Of a DNA stretch of 64,000 nt, positions 26,680 to 36,915 are shown in pieces. Both the position numbers and the translations under genes were made by a program. Position 1 is the stretch's first letter, and the number at the start of each line of letters is the position of its first letter. This DNA comes from a virus: positions 1-64,000 of the IMG/VR virus record IMGVR_UViG_3300035703_000016, one strand, 5' to 3'. Under the pieces are notes generated by a model. That model saw nothing but the letters and a program-made list of their open reading frames with translations, ran no database searches and had not been told where the DNA came from.

Positions 26680-27308
26680 GGAAGAATTGCTCCTCTTTTG
26701 TATATAAATAATTCATCTGTTTCTGGATGTCTCAGTTCTATTTCTATTTTTCTATCTTCAAAGAAATCAAAAATTGCATCTGTTGTTGGTTGTAAACAAG
26801 TATCATCGAATACTATGAACCCACCTACACTTACTTTGTCATATAAACAATCTAAAATTTCTCTAGTAGCAGAATAAGCGTCTACATCTATTCTTAATAG
26901 AGCTATTTTTTTAATTTTTGATTTAGGTAAAGTATCTTTAACAAATCCTGGGAGAAATTTTATCCTCTTTTGGTTTATGTCTATATCAAATTTTTTAAAA
27001 TTATTTTCTACAGTCTCTTGAGTTACTTTTATCATGGGATTATAACTAGGAGTATGCGTCTCTCTGTCATATTGGTACTTAGCTGTGTCTAGAGGCTGAA
27101 ATCCTTCAAAAGAATCTACTATCCATATATTTTTGGTTTCAAATAGCTTAGTTAAAAATATACTCATTCCTCCAGCCCACACACCGCACTCTATTATATC
27201 TCCAGATACTTCATTGATTGCTTGTTGATTTCTAAGTATTGTATCAAATCTCTCTTTAGATACTAATGTTGTATTTTGAGATAATAAATCTTGGATTAGT
27301 TTTTCCAT
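26652..27308 (-). CDS. TylF/MycF/NovP-family sugar O-methyltransferase
   Basis: GDIIECGVWAGG, DSFEGF, GFVKDTLP, IALLRIDVD.Y, GGFIVFDD. Confidence 0.9.
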   Translation of the reverse strand: MEKLIQDLLSQNTTLVSKERFDTILRNQQAINEVSGDIIECGVWAGGMSIFLTKLFETKNIWIVDSFEGFQPLDTAKYQYDRETHTPSYNPMIKVTQETVENNFKKFDIDINQKRIKFLPGFVKDTLPKSKIKKIALLRIDVDAYSATREILDCLYDKVSVGGFIVFDDTCLQPTTDAIFDFFEDRKIEIELRHPETDELFIYKRGAILPCGCYMIKK

Positions 27309-27311
27309 ATT

Positions 27312-27923
27312 TTAAATCGTGTCGTATAATTCGTTTTGTTTTTCTTGTTTTTTTATATCTTTTGGGTGAATTAAGAAAAAATCATCAGAAAAATGAGATG
27401 ATATAATGTGTCCAATAATTCTTTCATGAACTTTTCCATCCCACCTAATTTCCAATTTATTTTTAACTAATCTACTTTGATAGTCTGGAAAATTTATTCT
27501 ATTTTGAGTATCTACTCTCCATCTCCATTTATCAATATGTCGCTGAGTCAATCCATTTACTGTGTTCCATCTAGGAATATAATATAAATCAATTTCTGGA
27601 TTTAATTTTAAAATTTCTTTTAGATAAATTACAAGATTTTCATTCAAAAATTCATCTGCGTCTATATAAAAAATATAATCCTTTGTTGCGAACTTTTTTA
27701 TATTATTCTTAAAAGTAGCAAAATCTTTATTTAAAGAGAATTCTATATTTTTTATACTAGGATGATTAACTAAAACGTCTCTCACTTCGCTTGTGGCATT
27801 ACTATCTAATTGTACGATTACTTCATCGTCTTCATCTTTAAATGACTCCAATTGACACAAGAGACGCTCCAGTTCATCATGTTCATTACATGCTGTTATT
27901 GCAAAACTTATTGTTGGTTTCAT
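27312..27923 (-). CDS. Glycosyltransferase family 2
   Basis: IFYIDADE, PR.N, PDYQ.R and W.GKVHE motifs. Confidence 0.85.
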   Translation of the reverse strand: MKPTISFAITACNEHDELERLLCQLESFKDEDDEVIVQLDSNATSEVRDVLVNHPSIKNIEFSLNKDFATFKNNIKKFATKDYIFYIDADEFLNENLVIYLKEILKLNPEIDLYYIPRWNTVNGLTQRHIDKWRWRVDTQNRINFPDYQSRLVKNKLEIRWDGKVHERIIGHIISSHFSDDFFLIHPKDIKKQEKQNELYDTI

Positions 27924-27992
27924 AATCTTCTTTTGATATAATTTAAATTAGAATTAAATTGCAATTTATCTAACTCTTCAGTTTTCATATAA

Positions 27993-28442
27993 TTATTCTA
28001 ATTCAAAAGCCCCAATATAATCACATGCATCAAAAAATCCAAGTATACCAAAACTCTTAAGAGTAGACGGATCAGATTTATATGACTGTGATTTAAATCT
28101 TGGCATTTTCTTTTCTTCTTCAGTTAAAGGAACAGTCTTTATAGCAGAAAAATAACAATCGTCTGCAGTCTTTCCATTTAAGAAAACTATACCTTTATTT
28201 TCTATATTAATAGTTCTAGGATACCATACTCTTCCTGATTCATCTTGAACTTTAGCTGCTTTATGAAGCTCAGGCATTTCTACTTCAAAAGAATCAAAAT
28301 CAAACTCTCCAACTATCATTAAGTCTGTTGATTGATATCCACAATTAAAGCAAGAGTACGATTTTTTAGTTTCATTTATATTATCGATCATGCAAGATTC
28401 AATCTCTTTACATAAAGGACATGTCATTAATATGTCTATCAT
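27993..28442 (-). CDS. Zn-ribbon hypothetical protein
   Basis: CPLC...CFNCG. Confidence 0.7.
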   Translation of the reverse strand: MIDILMTCPLCKEIESCMIDNINETKKSYSCFNCGYQSTDLMIVGEFDFDSFEVEMPELHKAAKVQDESGRVWYPRTINIENKGIVFLNGKTADDCYFSAIKTVPLTEEEKKMPRFKSQSYKSDPSTLKSFGILGFFDACDYIGAFELE

Positions 28443-28446
28443 TTTA

Positions 28447-29745
28447 TTATTTTTTTGGTAGTAATGAAGGAAGTTCTATCTTTTTTAAATTTGGTAACTT
28501 TAATTGAATAGGGCGAGGGACTATTTCTAATATTTTATTTAATTTAGTCTTCATCTCTTCAAATGAAAAATTAGTTTTTACATAATGAGATTGTCTTTTT
28601 GAATTATCTGTATATTTTTGGTAATTTTCAAATAAATCTACCATTTTAGCAGAAGCCAATTTCATATTCGGAGAAAACCACTTAGATCCCTGTATAAGCA
28701 TATTCTGTGCTTGAGCTGACGGATGTATATCTGTTAATTCTCCTGGAATTAATATTGAATACTCTTGATGACAAAAGTCTGTATGACCTGACCAAAAAGA
28801 AACTATTGCTGGTTTTTTACTCATAAAGAATTCTGCAAGAGGTCTACCAAAACCCTCTCCTTTAGTTAAGTATAACATTGCTTTTACTTTCTTATGATTA
28901 TATAGAAGATTCATCTCTTTATCGTCTATATCTCCATGAATTAAGTAGATATTTGGTAAATCTTTTGAGTTTATTTGTTTACGAATAGCGTCTATATTTT
29001 CTAAAATAGAATCTCTATCCATTATTGAATTAGTTCCTCTAGCTGTTTTGAGTATAAGAGCCGGCTTTTTTTTCTTATCTTTAAATGTTTCTAAGAATGT
29101 TTTTATTGTTAGTCCTAAATTCTTTCTATCTTCTCCAATGACTCCAGGTAACCAATGTCCAACAAATAAATAACAAAATGATTCTGGAATACTATCAAGA
29201 GATTTTGCTAATGGTTCTGTTGAAGAAATTTGTTCTGTGTAAAAATACTTAGAAATATCTATTCCCTCAAATAAAACTTCTACTGGTTTTTCTAATTTTA
29301 TCTGTCTAATAACTTGACCAGTTGCTTGATCTTGTTGGTTAAATGTAGAGTTTTCAAATACTGTTTTTGCATGTTGAGAAGAAACTAGAGTTAAATTCAT
29401 TCTATTACATCCGTCTATCCAACTAGGATCGCATAAAGTCGTTTCTATTCCAGCCGTCACTAAAATGTTATATTTTCCAATAGGCTGCGCTTCATTTGGT
29501 ACTGTGATTTGACACCATAAATCTGGTTGTTGAGTCAATTGATTTGCTATAAGAGGTCGTATCCATTGGTACTTTTCTTCATCTAAGTTATGCCATGGAG
29601 TATTTCCCCATCTTTGAGGAATAATTTTTATATCCCATTCATTTTTCTTAAGCTCATAAAGCGCTTTTACAAAATCATAACTTCTAGCGCCATATCCGCT
29701 GGCTGTTAAAATCGGGCAACTTATAACTGCTAATGGTTTTATCAT
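28447..29745 (-). CDS. Glycosyltransferase family 4 (GT-B)
   Basis: SGYG, DRKN and GEGFGRPLAE (EX7E) motifs. Confidence 0.85.
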   Translation of the reverse strand: MIKPLAVISCPILTASGYGARSYDFVKALYELKKNEWDIKIIPQRWGNTPWHNLDEEKYQWIRPLIANQLTQQPDLWCQITVPNEAQPIGKYNILVTAGIETTLCDPSWIDGCNRMNLTLVSSQHAKTVFENSTFNQQDQATGQVIRQIKLEKPVEVLFEGIDISKYFYTEQISSTEPLAKSLDSIPESFCYLFVGHWLPGVIGEDRKNLGLTIKTFLETFKDKKKKPALILKTARGTNSIMDRDSILENIDAIRKQINSKDLPNIYLIHGDIDDKEMNLLYNHKKVKAMLYLTKGEGFGRPLAEFFMSKKPAIVSFWSGHTDFCHQEYSILIPGELTDIHPSAQAQNMLIQGSKWFSPNMKLASAKMVDLFENYQKYTDNSKRQSHYVKTNFSFEEMKTKLNKILEIVPRPIQLKLPNLKKIELPSLLPKK

Positions 29746-29748
29746 ATT

Positions 29749-30288
29749 CTATTGTTGAGTTATTCTTATTATTTCTTTTTCTCCATTTGGTTTTGAGTAT
29801 ACGCAATGGCTTGGAGTTAATATAAATTCTATATCTTTCAATAGTTCTGCATATTTTTCTCCTATTCCAGATTTTATATACGCTATAGTCATATGCGGAT
29901 GATAATCTGGATAATTTGATGTAAATGGAAATTGTTTTAGTAAATTGTTAGCTTCTACTAGTCCTTCTCCAGAAACATTAAATTTTAAAACATCATACTT
30001 TTCATTTTCAAAAATAGAAGCATCTTTAATTTCACATGAACTAAATATAATAGAGCGTATTACGTTTTTTATTTGATCAGTGGTCACTTCTTCGTGTAAT
30101 CCATATAATAAAGTAGTATGGGGTTCTGTTTCTAATCCAAACGATCTATCGCCCTCTTCAGTATAAATGTCTGATTTTTTAATTATACTATGAATTAAAT
30201 TCATTTTAGGAAAATCAAAGTATAACATTACACATCCATAATCGTACGTCTGATTATCTTCTTTTAATAAATTAATTAATTTTATCAC
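29749..30288 (-). CDS. 2H phosphoesterase, T4 gp57B/Acb1-like
   Basis: Two HxT motifs (PHTTLLYG, PHMTIAY) with YPDYHPH context; N-terminal MIKLINLLKE leader. Confidence 0.75.
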   Translation of the reverse strand: MIKLINLLKEDNQTYDYGCVMLYFDFPKMNLIHSIIKKSDIYTEEGDRSFGLETEPHTTLLYGLHEEVTTDQIKNVIRSIIFSSCEIKDASIFENEKYDVLKFNVSGEGLVEANNLLKQFPFTSNYPDYHPHMTIAYIKSGIGEKYAELLKDIEFILTPSHCVYSKPNGEKEIIRITQQ

Positions 30289-30299
30289 TATTTTTAGTA

Positions 30300-31742
30300 T
30301 TAATATGTAAGTGGATGTTTAATTTTTTTAGGTTTGATGTCCTCAATTTTTATAAATTCAAAGCTTGCTCTCGGTTTAAATTTATCTATCGCTGTCTGTA
30401 AAGTATTACATACTCCATCTGCCATACTCTGAGCTGACATTTTAGATTCTGAAGATGTGACCCATTTTCTTCCAGATAAACCTCTTTTTTGTCTTTCTTC
30501 TGATGTCATACTATATACTTTGTTTATCGCGTCTGCTACATCTCTAAAATCACAACGATCATCAAATATATAAGGAGTAGGAATAGATCCAACTAGACTT
30601 AAATTACTAGGAAATACTGGTATTGCCCATTCTCCGCATTCTCTAAGAGTTCCAAAATGATTTGATGGCATCTCTTTTGTTGGTTCATACCACTTTCCAT
30701 CTTTTACAAATCTCATCTGATCTTGCATTCCTCCAGTTACATTTCCTATTATCATAGTTCCACTCATCATAGATTCTGTCAAACTTAATCCCCAACCTTC
30801 ATTTGAAGATATTAAAGCGGTAACATCTGCTAAATTATAGAGTAAGTTCATTTGTTCTGGAGTATATCTTTCTTCTGAAAAATAAACCTTTTGATAAGAA
30901 GGATCGCAAAGTAATTCAACTACTTTTGGAAGATCAGTTCCATGTTCATCAGTTTTTTGAGTATGAAGTAATAGAGCGCATTTAGATGCTTTTTCTTTTC
31001 CAATAGATTCTGTAAATTTAGACCAAGCGGCTATAAGATCTGAAGTTGATTTTCTCCTTATATTTCTAGCATTATACAATACTATAAATTCTGGATTAAA
31101 TGAGCCAAATATGCCCTTTTTCATTTTTTCCATTTCTGAATTAGCCTCAATCATAAACTCATTTATAGGAAAAAATGTCTTTTCGTTAATACCATGAGGA
31201 ACATAATTAATTATTTTATCTTTAATTTTCTCCTCTAGTACTAATTCAGTCAATATTTTAGTTTGTTTTGATATGCACATAAATGCGTCACATGACTCGT
31301 AATATGATTTATTGTATATAGGGGCTGGATCTGAATCCCAAATTTGTAAATATATAATAGGCATTCTTTTTCTTATTTCTGCCTCCATATCAAAAAGCCA
31401 TACGAAATATCTAGGATCTGTAAATAGCATAATAGCGTCAGGTCTCTCTATTTCTATTATTTGTCTTACTAGTTCTGGAGTTCCGTATCCATCTGTGGGA
31501 TACATTATAACTGAAGAATCTTCAATTTCTAAAATCTTGTTTGTATCTTGAGATAAGTCTAGTCTTTTTCCTTTTTCTGGATGATTTATTCCACCTGCTA
31601 TTTGAACCCAATTAAATTTATGAGCAGACCCTAAAACTATTTCTCTTGTCATAGTTGCTACTCCACTTGTCATTCTCAGATCATCTGATAGCAAAAGAAT
31701 TTTTTTCCTGCTGTCTTTATTTATGTAACCTTGTTTTATCAT
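30300..31742 (-). CDS. Glycosyltransferase family 4 (GT-B)
   Basis: VPHGI, RNIRRK and NEGWGLSLTE motifs. Confidence 0.85.
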   Translation of the reverse strand: MIKQGYINKDSRKKILLLSDDLRMTSGVATMTREIVLGSAHKFNWVQIAGGINHPEKGKRLDLSQDTNKILEIEDSSVIMYPTDGYGTPELVRQIIEIERPDAIMLFTDPRYFVWLFDMEAEIRKRMPIIYLQIWDSDPAPIYNKSYYESCDAFMCISKQTKILTELVLEEKIKDKIINYVPHGINEKTFFPINEFMIEANSEMEKMKKGIFGSFNPEFIVLYNARNIRRKSTSDLIAAWSKFTESIGKEKASKCALLLHTQKTDEHGTDLPKVVELLCDPSYQKVYFSEERYTPEQMNLLYNLADVTALISSNEGWGLSLTESMMSGTMIIGNVTGGMQDQMRFVKDGKWYEPTKEMPSNHFGTLRECGEWAIPVFPSNLSLVGSIPTPYIFDDRCDFRDVADAINKVYSMTSEERQKRGLSGRKWVTSSESKMSAQSMADGVCNTLQTAIDKFKPRASFEFIKIEDIKPKKIKHPLTY

Positions 31743-31764
31743 TTTTTATTTTTAAATATGGTTT

Positions 31765-32001
31765 CTATATTTTACAAGTCTTTGTGTGTTTGATACTCTC
31801 TACGAATGCACTTCCAGTATAGTAAGTATTATACGCACAATGAATTTTATGTCTAAATTCAGAATCTACTACGTAAAGATAAACTGCTCTGTCAGTAAGA
31901 TCTTGTAGAGACATTTTATTCATTTTAGTTAAAACCCTAAAATCTTCATAGGTTAGTTTTGGAATCTTGACAGTTGTAAGTGTTTTTTCTTGAATTATCA
32001 T
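31765..32001 (-). CDS. Small ribbon-helix-helix-like protein
   Basis: LTTVKI...YEDF.......SLQDL.DRAVYLY. Confidence 0.55.
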   Translation of the reverse strand: MIIQEKTLTTVKIPKLTYEDFRVLTKMNKMSLQDLTDRAVYLYVVDSEFRHKIHCAYNTYYTGSAFVESIKHTKTCKI

Positions 32002-32031
32002 GTTTTTTACTTATAAATATACGTAAAATAT

Positions 32032-32211
32032 TTACAAATTATTTTCATTACATATATTTTTTGTCAATTCATTATTTTTAGATTCCTTTTCTTGTCTTTT
32101 AAAAGCATCTACTATCGTGTCTCCATGCCATTTTAGCCACTGATCATATGTAAATTCAGACAGAGGATTTTTATCTAAGTAATTTTTATATTGAGTTTGT
32201 AAAGTTGCCAT
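32032..32211 (-). CDS. 59-aa hypothetical protein
   Basis: Read by hand: MATLQTQYKNYLDKNPLSEFTYDQWLKWHG... Confidence 0.6.
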   Translation of the reverse strand: MATLQTQYKNYLDKNPLSEFTYDQWLKWHGDTIVDAFKRQEKESKNNELTKNICNENNL

Positions 32212-32688
32212 TTATTTTTCTATTTTTATTCCTAGATTGCTTATTTCATTACAAAAGTATTCAGCTATTTCATAAGAATCTTTTGCTAACTTTTCAAATG
32301 CCATAGCTTTTTCTTCTTCTTCTTGATATCCTTCAGGAGTATAATACTCAAATGTTGAATTTCTAAAATTAGATCCATCAACTAAATGACCCAATTCATG
32401 AGCGCATGCTACTAGTATATCTTTGAATTTAACTTTATCAGAATTATAAAGAAGCACACATATTATTCCTTTTGATTGTTCACATGTATCCGCTTCCCAG
32501 TAAAATTGTTCAGGTTTTGGAGTCTCGTCTGATAAGTGAGTTTTAGATAGTAAGACTAAATCTTCAAAATTATCTATATCAACTATCTCGTTATTAGCAT
32601 CTTGAAAACAAAATTCTATATTTTCTTTATCTACATAATCTTGAAAACTAGAATAAAATCTTAATTTAAAATTATTATACTCCATCAA
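32212..32688 (-). CDS. HExxH zincin-like protein
   Basis: AHELGH followed by a downstream EE.A. Confidence 0.55.
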   Translation of the reverse strand: MMEYNNFKLRFYSSFQDYVDKENIEFCFQDANNEIVDIDNFEDLVLLSKTHLSDETPKPEQFYWEADTCEQSKGIICVLLYNSDKVKFKDILVACAHELGHLVDGSNFRNSTFEYYTPEGYQEEEEKAMAFEKLAKDSYEIAEYFCNEISNLGIKIEK

Positions 32689-33590
32689 TTATTTTTTTTA
32701 TTACATAAATTAGGTTCTTTTGAAAATGGACAATATTTACAGCTATCTATATTTTTTGGATAATTTTTATCTATATACTCTCCATCCTTAGTAAAACCAT
32801 CTTTTATAAAAGTCTTAAAATCTTCTACAGCCTGTTTCATTTTTATTTTGCCTTGAGTTGGCACTACATGCTGAACTCTTTTTATTTGAAATTCTGCATC
32901 TTCATAAACTTTTCTTCTGACTATAAAAAATTCTACTTCTATCATTTCTGGATCAACACCTAATTTTTTTGAATAGAAATGCTTATAAAGTAAAACTTGA
33001 TTTAGTTTTGTTTGATCTTTTTTATCTTTGTCTTTCCATCCAGAAGTACTAGTCTTTATGTCATAGATTTTATACTTCTTTGTCTTTTTATTTCGCATTA
33101 TTAAATCTATGCTACCTATTAATAAGACATTAGGAACATCTTCATCTACAACTTCAGTAAGCGGAATTTCTATTCCAACCAATTCTTCATTTTTGATACT
33201 AAAGAATTCTGATCTTTTTTTCTTCACATATTCTAAAATTACTATTCCATCATTAATAAACTCGTTGAATTCTTCAAGTTTTGCAAAATGTTCATTATTA
33301 TTTTGTTCTTTCGCCTCTTTATAATTTTCTATCATTCTTGCTTTGAAGAATTCAACGAGATCCATTGTATCAGCAGCTTTTCCAGATACGGTATATACTA
33401 TGTTTATATACTCTTGAATTGCTTCGTGTATTGAAGTTCCAAAGGTTAAGTGAAGACTCTGTTGGAATTTTTTGTGCTTCTTTACATATTGAAGATACCA
33501 ACTATTGGGACATGATTTATACAGAGCATATTGAGAATATGACACTGATTTCTGGAATGAGTAGTCTACTGGATATGATTGTTTAGGCAT
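32685..33590 (-). CDS. PD-(D/E)XK exonuclease (RecB/Cas4-like)
   Basis: SYSQ..Y..CP, FGTSIH, GSIDL, IYDIKT, Q..LY and CKYCPF..C motifs. Confidence 0.85.
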   Translation of the reverse strand: MPKQSYPVDYSFQKSVSYSQYALYKSCPNSWYLQYVKKHKKFQQSLHLTFGTSIHEAIQEYINIVYTVSGKAADTMDLVEFFKARMIENYKEAKEQNNNEHFAKLEEFNEFINDGIVILEYVKKKRSEFFSIKNEELVGIEIPLTEVVDEDVPNVLLIGSIDLIMRNKKTKKYKIYDIKTSTSGWKDKDKKDQTKLNQVLLYKHFYSKKLGVDPEMIEVEFFIVRRKVYEDAEFQIKRVQHVVPTQGKIKMKQAVEDFKTFIKDGFTKDGEYIDKNYPKNIDSCKYCPFSKEPNLCNKKNN

Positions 33591-33843
33591 TTGGGGTTTG
33601 TAATTCTTTTGGAAGGAATTCTTGATTTACGTGTCCGCAATTTGAACAAACAAATGTTGGTATTGGGATAACTGCGTCTTTTTCAGTTCCAGTAAGAAAT
33701 TTTGAAGCTTTTCTTATTATTAGCCCCTCAGTGAAAGTATGTCCTCCACATTTTTCACATGTTACTCCAGTAGTTTTATCTAATGAAATATTTAATTTTG
33801 GAGCATGAGATTGATTCGCCCCTAGTAAAATTTCTTTTGCCAT
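33583..33843 (-). CDS. Zn-ribbon protein
   Basis: CEKCG...CSNCGH. Confidence 0.75.
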   Translation of the reverse strand: MAKEILLGANQSHAPKLNISLDKTTGVTCEKCGGHTFTEGLIIRKASKFLTGTEKDAVIPIPTFVCSNCGHVNQEFLPKELQTPNA

Positions 33844-33897
33844 AATTTATGTATTTTAATAAAAGTAACTAAAACTGTTGATTTTCTAAAGTCTATC

Positions 33898-34155
33898 TTA
33901 CAAGTACTTTTTTATTTTGTCTATTAACAACTGTTTGGGCAATACTCCAGTAAATCTATCAATGACTTGTCCATTTGATAAAAATACCATAGTAGGCACA
34001 GATGTTACAGAGTACGCATTAGTCATTGATGGATTTGAAATAGCATCTATGTAATTTATGTTTATTCCAGTTTCTGCTGATACTTGTTGAACTACAGGCT
34101 TAAAAGATTTACACGGCATGCAAGTCGATGTTGAAAAATAAAGTGCGCTTATCAT
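33898..34155 (-). CDS. trxA: Thioredoxin
   Basis: CMPC active site, cis-Pro SVPT. Confidence 0.85.
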   Translation of the reverse strand: MISALYFSTSTCMPCKSFKPVVQQVSAETGININYIDAISNPSMTNAYSVTSVPTMVFLSNGQVIDRFTGVLPKQLLIDKIKKYL

Positions 34156-34157
34156 TT

Positions 34158-34640
34158 TTAAAAATTTGAGGTTGAAAGATTTTTCATATACTTTATTGTA
34201 TTCTCATTAGTAATAGTGTGAATATGAGTCATAGCTTCTTGGTCTATTGGAATACACGTATTTCCATCAATCAAGTGTTCAATACAGCTTTTTTTAGTAA
34301 TCATAGTTTTTGGATCTAATTCATAAATCTTTCCTCCGTATCTATTATCTAATTTTGAAAGAGGAACAGCTATAAAATAAGTCCTATAGCTATTCATTAT
34401 TTTTTCAAGTTGATTATTTTTAACCATAAATGATTTATCTTTTATCATAGGAACGAGAGTTTTTACTTCTACGTCTTTTCCATCTACTAATAAATCTCTT
34501 TTTCTATCAAATAGATCTTCTGATAAAAGAACTACTTTTCCTTTTAGAGTGAAATAATTAGCTATTATTTTTTCTCCTAAATTTCCCAGCTCTTTATTTT
34601 TAAAATCCGAAGTATTCGAATATGAATTTAAGTATGACAT
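34158..34640 (-). CDS. PD-(D/E)XK endonuclease-like protein
   Basis: G..GE..., DLLVDG..VEVKT. Confidence 0.6.
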   Translation of the reverse strand: MSYLNSYSNTSDFKNKELGNLGEKIIANYFTLKGKVVLLSEDLFDRKRDLLVDGKDVEVKTLVPMIKDKSFMVKNNQLEKIMNSYRTYFIAVPLSKLDNRYGGKIYELDPKTMITKKSCIEHLIDGNTCIPIDQEAMTHIHTITNENTIKYMKNLSTSNF

Positions 34641-34644
34641 GTTT

Positions 34645-36441
34645 CTATTTTGATTCTAATATAGATTTGAACTTGAAGTATGATTTATGTTTTTCAACGC
34701 CTGGAATATTCCAACCATTATCGAAATCTTTTATCGTATGTTCTTGTTTTATATAATATTGCCATATTGGATTTTTTATATACTTTAACCATACACACAA
34801 AAGATCTTCTAAGTCAACGGGTTTCATATTATACCTTGCACAAAGTTTGTCAAAATCTTTATACTTAAATCCAGGTCTGAGAATTTTCATAGAGGCAGTT
34901 GCAGTTGGACCTAATTTACACTCAGACCACTCATCTATATCAAATAAACCTTTTATTTTTGTATCTAGATTCACATAATTTGCTAAATCCCCTGCCATTA
35001 ATAAGTAATGAAAATTAAAAGCATGTAGATTATGTTTGCTATTATACTGATTCATTACATCTACTATACCGCATAGACTTGTTTTTGGTTTAATATTCTC
35101 TATTATATGGTCTGCCCATGGTCTAAAATGATTAATAACAAGATCTTTAAGAGGATATCTAGGAGGTTGATTCACGCAACAACTAACAAAATTTCCCTTA
35201 TCTTCTTTCATAAACTTATAAAAGTCTACATGAGAATTATAATTTTGAAAATTTAAAAGAATAGTGTTATTATATCCGTGATTAAATTGATTTGAAGTTC
35301 CAGATCCAAAAATCCTATGAGAATAGATTAAAAATAAATAATCATATATTTCCCAATTTGGATTTGCAATTGGTTTATAAATATCCCAAGTAAGTGATTC
35401 TTTACCCATAAAATAGTCTTCAAGCAAGAATATAAATCCTTCATATCTTCTATCAATATTATGGAATAGGTTTACATTGTCTATGTAATTATCTCCAGTA
35501 TTAAACTCTCTTTTTCTTGTGTCAATAAAGACTTTTTCTGTCTTTCGGTTGATATCGATATAGTAATCCAAACACTCTAAAGCTATCGGATTCCATCCAT
35601 TTTCATCTAGTGTAATATTTGCTTTTGACTTTTTTTCTTTATCTTTTATCAAATACACGCTAGAAGATCCAGAGTTTTTTTCTTCTTCGTTAATAGGAAC
35701 TGGTTCTGCAAAATCATAATAATCTTCAGTCTTACATTGATATTCTTCTTGAGGAACTGGGGGGCTAGATAGAATAAGATCTGATATTGACGTCTTTACG
35801 TCTGGTGTTAGCATATTAAAATGCTTTTCATAGATATGCAAATTTGTTATAAAAAAATGCATTGTGCCAATTTGAGTATTTGTTTCAAAACAAACCATAC
35901 TCATTAATTTTGCAAATGTGTATTGATCATTTGAGAATCCATAGACTAAATCAATACTTCTTGCAAATACTGTAAGATTTAGTCTTCCTTCTACTATGGT
36001 GAAGTTTAGCACAATGTTACAGGGAGTGTCTGAGGCATACCTGTCTAGCTCATTTATATCGTAATGAACAATTATAGCTCTTCTAGTATTAGGGTTGCTC
36101 TTGAGCTCCTGAATAGCTCGTTCTAGCTGACCTCCTTTTTGCCAAAAATATCCATAGTTTGAATTCACTTCATTTGTACCAGGAACTATCATGTTATTCC
36201 ACAGTTTGGCTCTTTTAGCAATTTCAGTCACATCTCTATTTCCTGACAAATACCAATGCCACTCATACTCTGCGTAAGATTGGTTAAATTTTCTCTCTGG
36301 TTCTGTGATAACCATTTGAAGTGGATTATCTAAAGTAAAAGAGACATTAAATTTAGTTTTTGTTTTTGAAAAGTCTACTCCATTTTGCATTATATCAAAA
36401 TATAGACCTCTAAAAGCCTCATTTGCATTTTTAAAATTCAT
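34645..36441 (-). CDS. Thymidylate-synthase-family (dCMP hydroxymethylase-like) enzyme fused to an aGPT-pyrophosphorylase-like helical domain
   Basis: NSNYG, TRRA, PC, RSIDLVYGFSND and LHIY in the N-terminal half; FHNIDRR, GPTA and DLEDLLC..KY in the C-terminal half. Confidence 0.75.
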   Translation of the reverse strand: MNFKNANEAFRGLYFDIMQNGVDFSKTKTKFNVSFTLDNPLQMVITEPERKFNQSYAEYEWHWYLSGNRDVTEIAKRAKLWNNMIVPGTNEVNSNYGYFWQKGGQLERAIQELKSNPNTRRAIIVHYDINELDRYASDTPCNIVLNFTIVEGRLNLTVFARSIDLVYGFSNDQYTFAKLMSMVCFETNTQIGTMHFFITNLHIYEKHFNMLTPDVKTSISDLILSSPPVPQEEYQCKTEDYYDFAEPVPINEEEKNSGSSSVYLIKDKEKKSKANITLDENGWNPIALECLDYYIDINRKTEKVFIDTRKREFNTGDNYIDNVNLFHNIDRRYEGFIFLLEDYFMGKESLTWDIYKPIANPNWEIYDYLFLIYSHRIFGSGTSNQFNHGYNNTILLNFQNYNSHVDFYKFMKEDKGNFVSCCVNQPPRYPLKDLVINHFRPWADHIIENIKPKTSLCGIVDVMNQYNSKHNLHAFNFHYLLMAGDLANYVNLDTKIKGLFDIDEWSECKLGPTATASMKILRPGFKYKDFDKLCARYNMKPVDLEDLLCVWLKYIKNPIWQYYIKQEHTIKDFDNGWNIPGVEKHKSYFKFKSILESK

Positions 36442-36910
36442 GTTGTTGTATTTCTATAAATTGTTTAAGAAATTGTAGGCCATCAGTTTTTCTATATTCT
36501 TCTAAATAGACTACTTTTTTAATTCCAGATTGCAGTATTAATTTTGAACATTCAATACAAGGAGATAGAGTAATATATAAAGTCGCTCCATTTACAGAAT
36601 ATCCAACTTTTGCAGCTTTTAAAATAGCGTTCATCTCTGCATGTATAACTTCTAGAACTGTTACTCCGCCTCTTTCACAACAATTATCTACTCCAGTAGG
36701 AGTTCCATTATAACCGAAAGATACTACATTGTCATCTTTTACTATTATTGCTCCAACTTTAGATCTTTCGCAATGTGACAGTTTAGATATCTCTTTAGCT
36801 ATATTTATATAGACTGTATCTAATTTTTTTTGCTTATCCATAACCTGTATTTTATTTTCTGTATTTATAGTTATTTTTATTCCATAACCATATAGATCAA
36901 AACTATTCAT
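36431..36910 (-). CDS. dCMP deaminase
   Basis: GYNG, HAEMNA and LSPCIECS motifs. Confidence 0.92.
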   Translation of the reverse strand: MNSFDLYGYGIKITINTENKIQVMDKQKKLDTVYINIAKEISKLSHCERSKVGAIIVKDDNVVSFGYNGTPTGVDNCCERGGVTVLEVIHAEMNAILKAAKVGYSVNGATLYITLSPCIECSKLILQSGIKKVVYLEEYRKTDGLQFLKQFIEIQQHEF

Positions 36911-36915
36911 TTTTT

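Noticed and set aside
32685-33590. Cas4 as part of a CRISPR-Cas system
   Set aside because: A solo PD-(D/E)XK exonuclease typical of phage replication modules, with no array or other cas genes nearby
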